Positions 12,142 to 26,002 of a DNA stretch of 64,000 nt are shown piece by piece. The translations under genes were made by a program, and so were the position numbers. Source of the stretch: Ramazzottius varieornatus. Lineage: Eukaryota; Animalia; Tardigrada. How positions within the stretch are numbered: position 1 is the stretch's first letter; every line of letters starts with the position of its first letter. The stretch lies in the NCBI GenBank assembly GCA_001949185.1, contig BDGG01000003.1:4013158-4077157 (forward strand). The letters run 5' to 3'. The notes beneath the pieces were generated by a model, which was not told where the DNA came from, ran no database searches, and saw nothing but the letters and a program-made list of their open reading frames with translations.

Positions 12142-15100
12142 TCACTGCCATCTCGATTTCTTTTTTCGTGTTTGGCTTTCTGCAGTATCCGACGTCGAAA
12201 GAGGCTGATTCTGCGGTATTGCTCGCGTTTCTTCCGCGCTTGCCGTCTGAAACTGAGTTTTGAACCGAGCTTGGAACGCTGCTTTAACGGCCGAATGTCG
12301 GTCGACATTGAACGTGGAAGCTTGAGCAGCGTCATTCCGCATGCTCTTTATCATATCACTCGCGGAAGTAGTGTCATCTTGAAACGCCCGTCTCGAAGGT
12401 CTCGCGATGTTCGGTGCTTCATCTTTAAAACCGAGCCCTTTTCCCCCAAGCGGCTTCTTCGCTATAAGTAGCAATTTCTGATCATGAATCACCCTCGGAC
12501 TATTAGATCTTAACTTTCACACAATGAATTCGGTCATTCACTGACCAAACACCGGTATGAAACTACCCTATATCGTACCTTTGCCGGGCCCGGTGAAGAA
12601 CCTGTTCTTCTTGAACCAACTACATTGAGAGGCCAGCTCCATCAGCTTCTCAGGGACGTGCTGGTTGGCACCTTCGAGATTCCTGACTAGATGCGGAGCG
12701 AACTCTTTGTCCTTCTCGGTCAGAAGAGTGTATGCTGTACCGGCTTCCCCCGCGCGCCCTGCGGAAAAAAGGTAATACTAAGTTTAACAAGAGATCGACC
12801 ACAGTACTTCCCAAAGCGGCGCACGTTATCCGTGTCATTGGCTGAAAGCGTGCGCCACTTCAAAAGCGCTCCTGTAGGGCGAAAATAGGTGGTGCACACT
12901 TCCGGCCAGTAATATGAAATATGTGCGTCACCTGGGGAAACGATCCAGTCGGGTTTGTCTGGGTAGGTCCCAAATAATTTATTCATATTTCTGTAGAATC
13001 TCTCGGTTGAGTTACCGTACCGGTTCGTCCAATTCTGTGAGTGTGTGTATCAATGTCTCTGGCGACGTCAAAGTTTATGACAGTTCGAATGCTTGGGATG
13101 TCCAGTCCTCGAGCGGCGACATCGGTGGCTACGAGTATGGGCATCTCTTTCTTCTTGAACTGGTGGAGGACTTTGTCTCGTTCCGACTGATGGAGATCGC
13201 CGTGTATCAGTCCGACCTTATGATCAGCGTTCTTAAGTCTACTGGCGACATCTTCACTGTCGGCTTTCTTCGTGACGAATATCAGGACACTTCCGGTGGA
13301 TGTCACAGAGACGATGTTCCGCAAAAGCCACTTCCATTTCTCATCTTGGTTCGGAAGAATTTTGACGAACTGCGATACATCTTCATTCGCCTCGCCAAGC
13401 TCACCTGAGTAGAAATTAAACCATAGATAATCAGAATGAGCATTTCTTTACATGTCATTCGGAAAGACTTGTAAAAAAGCTTAGTATATGGGACATAGGA
13501 GTCCGGCAGTGAAACTCGACCAGGTCGTTGTCGCAAGTGGCGCACGCTTCTGATGATATTAGCTGGAAACGTGCAGCACTTGGGAAAACGATGTGGTCGA
13601 GTTTTAGTGCCGAGCTCAGAAATTACTGCCCGTTCTATCTGAACTCAAACTTGAATTTGATTATTCACAAAGTGACATCGTAAAGTATTTGTGGGTAAAT
13701 GCAATACCCCTTGCCTTGAACGATTCTTATGGGGTCGGATTGGGCATCTCTCGCCAGTCTTTCGATCTTCTTCTTGAACGTCGCACTGAACAGCAACGTT
13801 TGCCTATCAGGTCTGATATGTCCACTGATACTTCTGACTTGGGGCTCGAAACCCAAATCTAACATTCTGTCGGCTTCGTCCAGTACGAGGAAGGTCACAC
13901 GTTGCAGGTTCGTAGCTTTGCTCTTGATCAGATCCATCAGACGTCCAGGCGTAGCTACGACGATCTCGGCGCCCTCTTTCAACGCCTTAGTCTGCTCGTA
14001 CTTGCTACCACCACCTGCGCAGCATGTTGTAGAGATATTGTACACTTTCGTCCCAAACCTAAAAGCCGAGCCAAAGATGTAGACATTCGTTACCGTATAA
14101 TCCCGCGGACGTACCTTTTCACTTCGGTGTAGATTTGCTGGGCAAGTTCTCTCGTGGGAGCGAGTATCAATCCGATGGGACCTTCGCCGGGTTTCTGCCT
14201 CGGTTGGTCCAGTACATGTATCAACATTGGCCATAAGTACGCCGCAGTCTTACCACTGCCCGTCTTGGCTATGCCGATGACGTCTCTCCCTTGAAGGATG
14301 GCGGGGATAGCTTGAGCTTGAATGGGCGTCGGTTGCGTGTATTCCGACTTCCGTATTGCCTTCCTGTGAAACAACATACGTTGGTTGATACGGTGAAGAC
14401 TGTGGAAGAATGATCAGTATGCTTACATTAGTAGCTCGTCAAAGTTAAAGTGGGCGAACGAAGCGACAGGTTTCGGTGCTGAAGCTCCTGTCACTCTTAT
14501 CCCGAGTTTCTTCCGAAGGTCGTTAACTTGGTTCGTGTCGAGTTTTTTAATCTCTTCATGTTCTTCGTAAAAGTTCTTTTCAAATGGGGGATAGTCGACT
14601 TGTGAGTGGTCGAAGGAAGAAAGAAGCTCCATATGCTTGGAGCGTTCGGGTGCGATGGGGTTCCCGTCTTCGTCGTACTCGAGGGGAGGTAGGTCGTCCT
14701 CACCTGGCGCAAGTCCGTGATTCGGATTCTCGGCCATGAAGCGGTAGTAGGACTCTTCCGCATCGTCTTCTTCGATATCTGCTCGGTAGGCTTTGCCAGA
14801 TGGAAGGGAAGGCTCTTCGAGGGTGGCGAACTGAGGCTGGGCAGGCGCAGACTTTGGCTGTACCACTGACTGCGTCGTCGCCTCTTTCTATAACAAAGTA
14901 CCCACATAAGGGCCAGCTAAACGAAATGATATTTCCAATTTCATTTCCTTGTTTCAGAAGTCTTCGACAGTGTCAAGTTCCATCAGTTTACGTACAGCAA
15001 TATCAGCCATGAATGCATCTAACGGATCCTCTTCGTCCTCTTCCTCGTTCGGCTTGTCGTTGGATGTTTTCGAAGCTGAACCGTTGGTGTGCGGTATCGA

Positions 15101-15612
15101 TTCGCTGTCGTCATCTTCGAAATAACTACGAGGAACGAAATGGTTAATGACCACCATTGAGTGCAAAGGATATTTCAGATGGGCATACTCATCATCGTCA
15201 AGGCCTTTCCTCTTCGAGGCGCTGTGACCCGTATAAGAGTAAGAACTCAGTTGATCCACCGGTTCACTGACAGCAGCTACGCTTCTTCCAGTGGTTAGTT
15301 GTCCTGGAAGAGTGAACAATGTTAAGCTACAGTGATCACTTCCGGTCGACAGTATAATATCTGATAATTGACTTGAAATTGAGAACAACGAACACCTGCG
15401 CGTTCGCTCGCTATGTGCCGCTTAAACACGGAATACTGCTTACCGCCAACCGGATTGATTCCAGGAGGAATAAACGTTCTTGGTTTCGAGGTTGACACAG
15501 AGAGGCTACTCGGTGGAGCCATGCGAGAATAATCTTGCGTCGAGACATTGCCAGCATTGCTCCTTGAACCAGCAGCTGTGTACGACTGAGCCCCCCTTCC
15601 GCGAAACGACAT
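12142..15612 (-). CDS. DDX42: DEAD-box RNA helicase DDX42 (SF3b125)
   Basis: Spliced exons give [66 protein letters not shown] and HRIGRTGRAG. Confidence 0.95.
12785..13617. repeat. Family A doublet ~12785-12972 and copy ~13498-13617 in DDX42 introns
   Basis: Core palindromes with ~23-nt conserved spacer. Confidence 0.85.
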
Positions 15613-16598
15613 TTTCCGCGTCCCGTAACAGCCTCTTTCCGATCGGCTGCTCAGCTTTTGAACAGAAAATAGAGTCGACGCTATAAGTGCCTCGTAGTGG
15701 ATTCCGGGGGCGAACAGGAAGATGATCGCTGATCGAAGAAATGATGTTTCATGTTCGACAATATACAGATTGCGAGCGAAAGCGCACTAGCACAATTCGA
15801 TACGCACAGGAACATCGTGACATCATAGGAACAAGTTCGTCGGTGTTCGTCTCGTAGACTGTGTGTTAGAAAAGTCGCACAATGTTTACATTTGACGTCA
15901 TGATTTTCTTATGCGTATTGAATTGTGCTAGTGCGCTTTCGCTTGCATTCTCTATAATGTCAGACCCTGACAATGTTGTGATCTTTATAACTACTTTATT
16001 CGTTCATCAGATTCAGTCCCAGGGGGAGAATATTTTGGGTCCTTGTTGTGGTATTATCCTATGATCGATCTAGGGTTGCTGGAAATTCTCCATTTCCTGA
16101 ATAAATCTGCGATTGGGTCAATTCAACTGCTTTGTTCAGCCTCTTTACCGGCTGAATGCACGCAGCGCAAATTTTCGTCAACCAAGCAGTCTTGTAGTTG
16201 TTCAGCATTCGAATGAATTCAATCAAGTCAAACGGTGACGGAACCGCTGTTTTTAGGTGCGTGCTGATGCTCACTGCACACCTGCGCCCGACACCTGTTC
16301 CTTCGTTCGCCAAATTCGCCAAAAACTGAGAATTTCCAGCAAGTCTAGATCGATCACTTGACTTGTGAGTTGAGTTATACCTCTCGCTGTCCTCTGGAGT
16401 TTAGATCAACTTCTTTCTGGATCTCCCTCTGCAACCAGGGTTCTAAAGGAGAGGGAACACACTGTAGGAGCCATCCGGGCACCTGAAGAACGAACGGAGG
16501 ACTTGATAGCACGGCCAAGGGGCAGCTACACTCCGGTGGCGTAGAGGCTGACGCCGGAAGGAAGCTTTTCTTGCTGCGTATAACTCCACGAACAAGCA

Positions 16599-19191
16599 AT
16601 GGAATTTGAGCGCGTGGAGTTCGGGAAGACATATACAAGCCCCCTGACACCGGAAGAAGTCAACCATTATTCACGACAACTAGTACTGCCGCAGTTTGGT
16701 GTGGAAGGTGAGCAGCCTGCATGCTCTTGATCCATCATAAGCTGCAGTGTTTCATGCAGCTACAGTGTGGGGGATTAAGTTACTCTAAAAGGGGGAGGGC
16801 CAAAATCCAGTTTTCGACAAGTGACGTAGAAACTCCGGCTCGAAGTAATCAGCAGATCAAGCGGCAGTTCACGTCTCTGGATTGCAGCTTGATCAGCTGT
16901 TTGCTTTCTGCGTCACGTCGATTTTGGCCTTGCCCCCTCTTAGAGTACCTTATTTGCCTACACTGTAGCTGTAATTAAGTTAAGTATGAGTCGGGATTTC
17001 TGATTACAGGTCAGATCAAACTGAAGAATACGTCTGTTCTGCTGGTCGGAGCGGGAGGGCTAGGGTGTTCCGCGGCCATTCACCTTGCTGGCAGCGGAGT
17101 CGGTAAGACGAACCCAGTATGTTGTTTGTGATTTTCCGGTGCACTGGGTTATCTTCTTAAATGGAATGAAATTCCCGAAGTATTTTTGTGACAGGCCAGC
17201 TGACGATCGTGGATCACGACAGAATAGAAGCAAGCAACCTTCACCGTCAAATCTTGTACCGCAGCGAGGACGTGGGGCGTTATAAAGCCGAAGTCTTGGT
17301 GGAGCGGTGCTCAAGGTATGAGTACTGCATACCGAAACTGTTCATGAAGATCACTCTACTCGGAACCTTCTCTGAACTCTGGTTTGCGTTACTAGATGAT
17401 TTTATGTATCAAAAAAGGAACCGTAGCCAAGTTTCCTGTCGTTGGAATGTACATTTTTCATTCTTGCAGGTCGAACCCTCTTTCGCGTATGGCACCTGTT
17501 GCGCTGTGCACGGCTCTGACTACAGAGAACTGCCTCGAACTAGTGCGGAACCATGCCGTCATCCTGGACTGCACGGACAATGTCTACGCCAGGTACCTTC
17601 TAAACGATGCCTGCGTACTACGCGGAAGAGCTTTGGTCTCTGCCAGCGCGTTAAAGTTCGACGGACAGGTGAGCTGCTGTTACAGTACGTGCTTCCTTAA
17701 CTGCCCACCGAAATAATACTACATGGTTCTTCCCTTCGTTTACTTGATCTGTTTGTCTAGCTTACGGTCTATAACCACCAAGGAAGTGTTTGCCGACGGT
17801 GCCTCTTCCCTGACCCAATGGCCCTTCAGGCTCAAAGCTGCGATGATAACGGCGTCATGGGCCCAGGCACGCAATACCTTTGCTGGTGTTTCGTTCGGCA
17901 CCGTTGTACCCATCAGTTAGATGTCCTTCTTAGAATAATTTGCATACTGACATGCGAGTTGTCTGGAAAATGCGATGGGAATGCTTTTTCGATAGTGCAG
18001 TTCCTGGGATAATGGGATCACTCCAAGCTATGGAAGCTATCAAACTGGCATCGGGCATGGCCGGTACGTTCTTGCTGAGATGCTGAATGTGTTTTATTGT
18101 ATATTGTCACCAATAGCTAAAATGTGATTCGCTGAATCGCCTTCTAGTGTCTTTCGCCGGAGTTCAGTTGCATTACGATTCTCTCTCCGGGTCTTTCTAC
18201 CGGTTCAAACTCAGGCCTCGGAATCCTGACTGCCCGGTTTGCGGAGACAAGCCGTCGATCCGGACACTGGACGACAGCCACCTCGGTACGAATACATGCT
18301 GGACACGGCAGGTTGGTGAAGTTTATCGTCACTCGTTAGTGAACGGACTGCAGGTATAGCAGTCGCATATGACTTTGTTTTAGCCGAATATTCCCCAAGA
18401 ATTTGCCTTGGACGCGGAAAGCAGAATAGTTCCTGAGGGAAGATTGCAGATTATCTCAATGTTCTAGATTGATGTTCCGCGGCAGTTGTGTAATTCTATT
18501 TATTTCTGTTTTTAGGAGCTAAAAGCAAAACTTGACCTGCCGGGTGATTCGATTTTTTTGGTCGATGTTCGAAGTCCCGTTGAGCTGCAGATATGTGGCT
18601 TCTCGGATAGCCTAAGTACGAATTCGACAGTGTATAACCATACAGAACCCTTTTGCGATATCGGGACGTCGGCAAACACGTGAGCATGACTGTTTTAACA
18701 AGTGGCGCACACTTTCAACCGACAGCAATGACCAAGTGCGCCGCTGAAAACAGCGATCGTGTTCAGTTCATTGGCCGACATCCCATTTTTTGAGTTGAAG
18801 AAATAAAAGTCGGAAACGAAATGAATGCAAATTTATTGCTCGGTTTTGCAGATATCCCAATTACTTCGCTCCAAGACCCATCCATGCATGCTGAAGTCAG
18901 CTCTCAGATAGAGGCTCGCCTGACAGCGCAACGCACTCGATCTGATCCGCCAAGTAAGTTGGACTTTTCGGCGACAGCCTCGACTCCGGAGTTGCATTTC
19001 GTGGTTGATTTGTCCGCTTTCCTGTTGCAGTGGTTGTTACTGTTTGTCGTCGTGGGAACGACTCGCAACTCGCCGTGCACTTACTCCGGAAAATTCTTAA
19101 GGACGAGGAGAGGGAACTCATCGTGAAGGATCTTCATGGTGGATTGTACGCTTGGAAAAAAGAAATGGATCCTGAGTTTCCGCAGTATTAG
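16599..19191 (+). CDS. MOCS3: Adenylyltransferase/sulfurtransferase MOCS3/UBA4 (ThiF/MoeB + rhodanese)
   Basis: [56 protein letters not shown], rhodanese [12 protein letters not shown] and C-terminal DPEFPQY*. Confidence 0.93.
16763..16965. mobile_element. Tc1/Tc3-like fold-back MITE in MOCS3 intron 1
   Basis: TA|CAGTGTGGGGGATTAAGTTACTCTAAAAGGGGG...CCCCCTCTTAGAGTACCTTATTTGCCTACACTG|TA. Inverted arms run almost to the centre. Confidence 0.75.
18663..18784. repeat. Family A full-length copy in a MOCS3 intron
   Basis: GGGACGTCGGCAAAC...AAGTGGCGCAC..GTGCGCCGCT...GCCGACATCCC|AT. Confidence 0.88.
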
Positions 19192-20258
19192 TATGCGTAC
19201 CTTCCGAATTCTGTGAGTACACTTCAATACGTACATCCTCCAACTTGTCTTCGAGTTCTCTCGAACATGTGGGTCTTGTTTGACCTCCACGCAGCTCGTT
19301 CAATCTTCTCTGTTAACAAGATCAAGATTGCTAGTTGGCAATCTGTCATCGAAAGTTCGAAACGTCACTCTAAGAGACTAAAACACACCTATGAGTTTTT
19401 GAATTGAGGTTTCCTTTGGTTTGAGCCGCGGAAGGCCTGCGGGGACAGCCTAGGTACGTTGACAGTTACTAACCCATCTTCATATGTATGTATGTTTGTT
19501 TGATCACCCGATAGACAACTGTCTGCCATGACAGAGTGAGAGTATAGAGTTGAGTGCCGCTCGTCGTGAACCAAAATTATTAGTTCATCGGCAGTGAAAT
19601 AAGCGATAATCTTCATCTAGGCTGAATGACTACACAGTCCAATGCTGTCCGCCGAACGACAAAATCCTACAAAATTGAGGTGAAGGTAGCAAATAGAACA
19701 GTCAGCGGCGATGATTACCTCGCTATCTGACTTTTCATTCAATGCAAGGATGTCTCTCTGAATAGGCTTTTTAAGAGCGATAATCACCGTCTTCGTCGCA
19801 GGGAATCGCGGTCGTCAGAGCATGTTTGGTGTTCTTGATAAATAGACGGTGACATCTTATACATCTCAACAAAAGATAGCACTCATCAAACTTCAGTTTT
19901 CCATCGTCTCACGACTTGTACGAGGTAGCTTTCTTACGGCTCAGTGAGAGATAACTCAGTGAGAAAAGTTGTTCCAACGACAAGCTTTCATCGTAGTGCA
20001 GTTTACTTCTGTATATGTGTCTTTCCATCATTGGCTCTTGGAAATGACTTATTGCTATGTAATGGTCACATCTGCCGCTAAAGATAGGTGTTATATGCCT
20101 TGTTTTTTATACTAATTATGATCAACCGATCATTGCCTTAGTAAATACCTAGAATACGTTTCGGTGGACTAATAACACACCATTGGCTCACGTACTTTTC
20201 ATCCGTTACTGAACGGTAAATAATGAAAAATTTTGCACCTGGTTATCAAACAATCGAC

Positions 20259-22241
20259 ATGTTTGGATATGGGAGGAGACGAGTGGGATTTCCTTTGATT
20301 TGCTTTTTATTTATTTCTCCATTATGGATACTATCTTTTTGCCCCACTGTCTTTGGGTATTACGCCCGCAACCGCTGCTTCGGTACGTCGTGTTGATCTT
20401 TGCCGTATGTTTTTTGCGACGATGATGGATGCGCTATCTCACTGCAGGAACCGGAGACTGCATCATCACTACGGGATATCAAGGTGGCGGTTTCAATGAC
20501 GAGGTGGGTTAGTACTGCGATATCTGAGAGGCCGGTAAACACCCTTGAAAATCACAAGTGGCGCATATTTCCAGCTAATAACAATGAACACGTGCGCCAC
20601 TTGAGACAACGATCGTCCCGAAGTTGTTTGCCGGCCTCCCATTTCTTCGGAGCTTTCGGTCGGTTTGCATGGTGAATTTTGTTTCTAATAGTGGGCTTAT
20701 CTGGCTTTGTAGTACCATAAGTGGCTGATAGAATGCCAGGACGGTGAAGCGATGACCGGTAATTTATTTGGGACAATGCGTTCCGAATTGTCAAGTTTTA
20801 TTAAGCCTTATTGACAGCCCGCCTTCACCACAGCTGGAAATGTTTTTTGATACTTTGGTTTCATTCATTCCTTCTAGGTATATACGATACCTTCAAGCAA
20901 TTCCTTGGAATCGCACGTAAGCTTTCGTTTGTAAAGTAACTGGCAGAGACCCTCCTGCTTTTACATAACCTTGAGCCTCTGTTTTGCAGAAGTATGGTGC
21001 TACTTCTCGTAAGTCACTTCGATGCCTGTCTCGAGCTCGCAGTGCTCTGAATGACCGTCCTGCATCTCTTCGAATGAAGGTTCCCGAAGAAACCGCCATC
21101 GTTGGGTATCTACCCATTTTACCCATGGTGTAACGTGCGGAACTTGACCATTGGTGAATACTATTGCTACGACAAGGTCTTTCCCGCCGACACCGTCGAT
21201 ACATTCGTGACTGGTATAGTGCTCTATTCGTACCCGCACTTGAACACTTACGCGCCGATGGGCATTCTTTTTCTGATTACTGGACTCACATGTTTCGTTT
21301 ACGAACCTCAAGATGACTTTCTTTGCGCGTTCTAGCTCTGTACGCACCTGTATCTGTGGATCCAGTCGTCCCAGTCGGAATGAAATGCTGTAGGTACCTG
21401 ATGATCTGCTAGATAGTTCTCGCTTCCTTGCCCAACATCGGACGCTGGTTCGTGTTCTCGGCCTCTTCTGTGTTCTCCTTCTTACCCAAATTTCTTGGCA
21501 GGTCGGACGCCGGAGAGTTACCGGATAGACTACAACCGATGTCAGTGGAAGTACACGCATGACAAGTAGGTCTTGAAGGCCTCAAAGGTGTCATGTCAGT
21601 TTTGACAATGCATGCTTGAGAAGTTGTTTTCGCATAGAGGCGATTAAGACTCTCATTGACGTGTAGCAAAATAGAGTTCTTTGTGAGTTTATTGACATTT
21701 TTTGCCTTCTGTGTTGCAGAGCGGGCGAGCATTATGACGGCTACTGGATTGTCAAATGTATGGGTTCTTTCCGTCAATTTCCACTAACCAATCTCGTGTC
21801 TGACGGACTGTCGTCAACTTTTCTATTAAAAATTATTATACATGTGTTTTCCTTTGATTTTAGGCGACACGGATTTTATCATGACAGGTTAAAACCACTT
21901 CATTTGAATTTTCACAATTTGTGAAGGTGTACTAGGGTGGGAACGGGAATTTATTCATCGTTCTCCTTCAGGCATGGGACAAGCCATAAACCCATGGGAC
22001 AATCAGCTACATTTCGTATGGATACAGGTTGGTAATGGTAATATTCTGCCCTCTTATTGACCCGTTTAAATCCGATGTTGTGTACTTCCCGTAGTGTTGT
22101 CCGTTAATAAACGCGCCGGAAATAATTCCCCAATCCAGACAAATTGGGTACTCCTCTGCCAGAAGTAACTACGTGACCAATGTCGGGTATTCGTCAGCGA
22201 GGAGCAACTACGTCAGTGCTGCCGGTCGATCGTTTTGGTGA
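20259..22241 (+). CDS. Secreted Cys-rich protein, paralogue B
   Basis: Hydrophobic N-terminus, YYARNRCF, GTGDCIITT..GGFNDE, VWCYF, FPKKPP..YPFYPWCNVRN..YYCYDK, MKCCR, FVWIQCCP, and a duplicated GYSSARSNYV tail. Confidence 0.75.
20526..20640. repeat. Family A copy in an intron of Cys-rich gene B
   Basis: GAGGCCGGTAAAC..CAAGTGGCGCAT..GTGCGCCACTTG..GTTTGCCGGCCTCCC|AT. Confidence 0.88.
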
Positions 22242-22489
22242 AGGAAACCATCTGCATGCCATGCATGGTGAGTCGAATAACACGGCTTAGATCATGGACC
22301 CAACTACTCGTTCAGTTTTGTCGGACATGCCAGAACGGTCAAACTGTTTTCTTTGTAGTGTTTTCCGTTCTGGGAACCGTCCAACAGCAACTTCGGTGTC
22401 TGAAGACGCAGGACACACTTTCCTTCTCACGACCCCTTTTCTCAAAATGATCTCAACTTCCGCTTTGTTTATGTTTCAATTATGGTAAA

Positions 22490-22765
22490 GCTACGCGGGA
22501 GATTCTCACGCGCGGAGTGTGTGGAGTCCGCGAGAGAGATACTCCGAGCAAGAGATTATTTATAACTGTAAAGGTTTCAACGACTACAGCCCTTAAGCAG
22601 CAAAAAAATGTTGGTAGCCCTCAACAGCAATCTAATAAAATCCAACAGAGCGCAAGTGCCAGTCTCCCAGGCTTGGCCATTATGGTATTAACTTAAATGA
22701 CTTTACGGGAGCGATCTCCCCCGCGTAGTCATAACACTCCGCGCGAGAGATCTCTCCCGCGTAGC
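22490..22765. mobile_element. Inverted-repeat element (MITE-like)
   Basis: GCTACGCGGGAGATTCTCACGCGCGGAGTGT at 22490 is matched by its near reverse complement ending at 22765. Arms are ~55 bp; no clear TSD. Confidence 0.6.
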
Positions 22766-22847
22766 CAATTTGTCTAATTACATTACCGAGTGCGACAACT
22801 GGTCCTTTTCTCGAGGTCTGGTCGTGGTCATTTGAACCGTACGAGGT

Positions 22848-22897
22848 NNNNNNNNNNNNNNNNNNNNNNNNNNNNNNNNNNNNNNNNNNNNNNNNNN
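22848..22897. other. Assembly gap (N run)
   Basis: Run of N. Confidence 0.99.
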
Positions 22898-23470
22898 GAT
22901 TTTTTTCGAATGAGGACCTGGTGGATATCTCCGTGCCGAGCACCTCGTAGTTTTCCTTAGTTCCGGTGCGAAACTGTCTGATGGTGTCGCCATTGTGCAA
23001 ATATTGACCGGAGAACCCAAACAAGATTATAGTTATCGACAAGCTTGCTGACGTAGGCGCTGTGTGAGTTATTGGGGGTGTACCTGAATGAGGCACTCAT
23101 ATGATACAAGGCTGCCCGAAGTGCCACACTGCAAACAAAATAGGGACTCTACGAGTACGCCGTTAATCGATGATTGCAGGCAAGATGTGAATGAGGGCTA
23201 AAATTGCCCCAGCTTTAGGAACGCTGTACGTCACGAAGGTATTGCATAATTTGTTGCTGGGTCGAGGAACTTGAGCCTCGCGAAATGAATAGAAGTCTCC
23301 GATTGAGACCCAATGTGGTGTACACTTCGGTGCGAACACCAGTGCAATTTCGAGAGAAAACAGAGGACTTACTTTCGTTGTAGATCCTTTGCTTCGTTGT
23401 GCCTCTCTAATTACTTGTTTAGAAGCGGAGAACCGTTACTAGGAATTAGTCGTCCAAGTTCGCCACCTTC

Positions 23471-25250
23471 ATGGCAGACGAAAGCGGTCCGCTTGTTTCT
23501 GTGGAATGGCTGAAGAACGCCATAGCTGCCAACCGGAAGGATGTCGTCATCTTAGAATGTAGTTACGAAAAGAACAAGGATATGTACAAGGACTTTATCA
23601 GGGGCCATATTCCCGGCGCCATCTTCTTCGACATGGATGAATGCCGAGACAAAAAATCTCCATATCCCAACATGCTTCCGCCTCCTCAAGTCTTTGCGTT
23701 TTACTGTGGACAACTGGGTCTGGACAACAAGAGCGTACGAGTGTTGACTAGATAGAGCCAAGTGTGATTTCTTAACCCACGTTTACCGACTATTCCTATT
23801 TTGCAGAAAATAATATTGTACGACAACAATCCGCGAGGTAAGCAACAACCGACAAATGCCACAGTACTCGGGTCGTGTACTCCCCGCTTTTCAATTCCTT
23901 TTGTTGTCCAGGTTTGTTCGGCGCGGCAAGAGGTAAACAGACACCAGACTTTTATTGATTCATAAGAACGATGTACAGGACGTTCCCGCTTCTCGTAGTG
24001 TTCTGGATGTTCAAGGCATTTTCCACGAACCCTGTTCAGATTCTGAACGGAGGTCTTGCAGCATGGTGAGGTGGACACATTGCTTTTCCGTATTTTCCTT
24101 CATTTTCCCTCATTAAGCTACTAGTTGGCATTCACAGGAAACAGAGCGATCTCGACCTGACCACTGCTGAAGTTCGGCTCCCACCCAAAATTTTCCATGC
24201 CATTTTGAAGCCTGATCACGTCAAGGTTTATGAAGGTATGATCTCAGTGATAGTCAGAACGTTCAAATGGAAAAGCTAATCATGCACGGTTTGCTACTGT
24301 TTTGTCACGCTCTTCATCACGGCCTTCTCTAGACATTGTCGGGTTTATCCACTGCACTGACATGGAGCAAGCTCCCCAAATAATTGATGCAAGACCTCCA
24401 GTGCGTTCATTCATCCTTTATGGGTGGCGAAATACTTCTCATTATAACCTCAGCTGACTATTCCTGATGAACATCTCTCTTTTCAGTTTCTCTATCATTG
24501 CGGGAGGATCCCGAGAGTACGTTGTACTGCGCTTTTTCAAAAATGATCGAAGTGGGATACCGCATTCCATTCTCTGCTTGTACTCAGTATAACTGTATTG
24601 ACCATTAGCAGTCCGTGAATATTCCCGTGGCTTCTGTTTTGAGCGACCTGCCAAACACGACGATGAAATCAAAAGAGGACCTGGAAAAGCTGTTTAAGGA
24701 CGCCAATATCGACCTGCAGCGTAAAATGGTCTTTATGTGTAGTTCAGGTAAACGCAAAAATAACACAGAGTAACTCACCGCATTTACGTTACCCTCTTTT
24801 GATGGTAACGCTCGAGTTTTGATCGACATAGTACGGTATTTAATGCACGAAGCCACGAAGTGTGTGGACCTCCAGTGAAAACCTAACGGTGCGGATCATG
24901 GTTTTCTAATTCCATATCCCATGTCACCGCACTAGTTTCCCAACAACTGATCCAATACCCGTGATCTGGTCTGGGGAAGTGGCCTGTTATACTAAAACCG
25001 TGGTCCATCTTTGGAATCACGATAAGTATAATAGATCACATCCCAAATCGAGTTATGGTTGAGACATGGCAATTATTACGGGCTATGATGCTCACTTAAT
25101 AGCGACGTTCGATTTTTTTTCTTCCAGGTGTGGCGGCAAGTGTTTTGTTTTTCGCAGCCATGCTGTTGGGAGTCAGTCCTCCGCAGATCGCGGTGTATGA
25201 CGGCTCCTGGAGTGAATGGGAACCACGGTCTAAAGGTCGTCATGGCTTGA
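23471..25250 (+). CDS. Two-domain rhodanese sulfurtransferase (MPST/TST/TUM1 family)
   Basis: LVSVEWL, GHIPGAIFFD, YPNMLP, AARVFWMF, ILNGGL, IIDARP, active loop CSSGVAA, YDGSWSEW. Confidence 0.9.
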
Positions 25251-25435
25251 TGGAATACAACCATCAGCACTTATTACATTAATCGAGTTTTGATGAGAAG
25301 TCTTGCCATTAAAGCCAGAACTTATCGAACCAATATCGAACCGGTAGTCAGTATTTATTTTTCATCATAACGAGTGCTTGTGTGTTCTGCTGTAGCTCAA
25401 ACGCAGATGTCTGGGCAAACGTATATAATGTCATG

Positions 25436-25573
25436 TGGACCGTCGGCAAATAACTTGAGCATTGTTGCTTTCACAAGTGGTGAACATTCTCTGCCAATAG
25501 CAACAGAACATTGACAGAACCGTGCGCCACTTGAGACAACGATCATCTTCTTCAATGCGTTTGCCGACGTCCC
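25436..25573. repeat. Family A copy with an expanded spacer, outside annotated CDS
   Basis: GTCGGCAAAT..CAAGTGGTGAAC..GTGCGCCACTTG..TTGCCGACGTCCC|AT. Confidence 0.8.
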
Positions 25574-26002
25574 ATGTAATCCGGTTTCCGTATCTTGCGT
25601 TGGGAACCTTTCTAAAAAGAAAAGGGTTCGCTAACATGCCAATAAAAGTCTCGTTCGGAACGATGTTGCGTAGTCTACGTTTCATACCCGGAAGTTCGCT
25701 AAGACTGTCAGGTTACTGTATCCGGCCAGCAGGTAAATTCACTCTTCCCGCCACCTTTTCTGGCGGTCTTCTGAGTAATAAAAAACTCAAGATCAATCCG
25801 TTTCCCCAGTCATACATTCACTCCGCTGTTTCGTCACCGGCTTACCTGCCATCAATACTAAGAAGTAAAAACCATAAAAACGGACACCGCTTTGAAATCT
25901 AAAACAATAAATTATGGCTGAAGACGTTTGGTTCAATATTGAAAGCACAACGGGTTGCTTCGATTTCTAGTTTTCAACTAAAGTTCTCCAGTCTCTGGCT
26001 TT

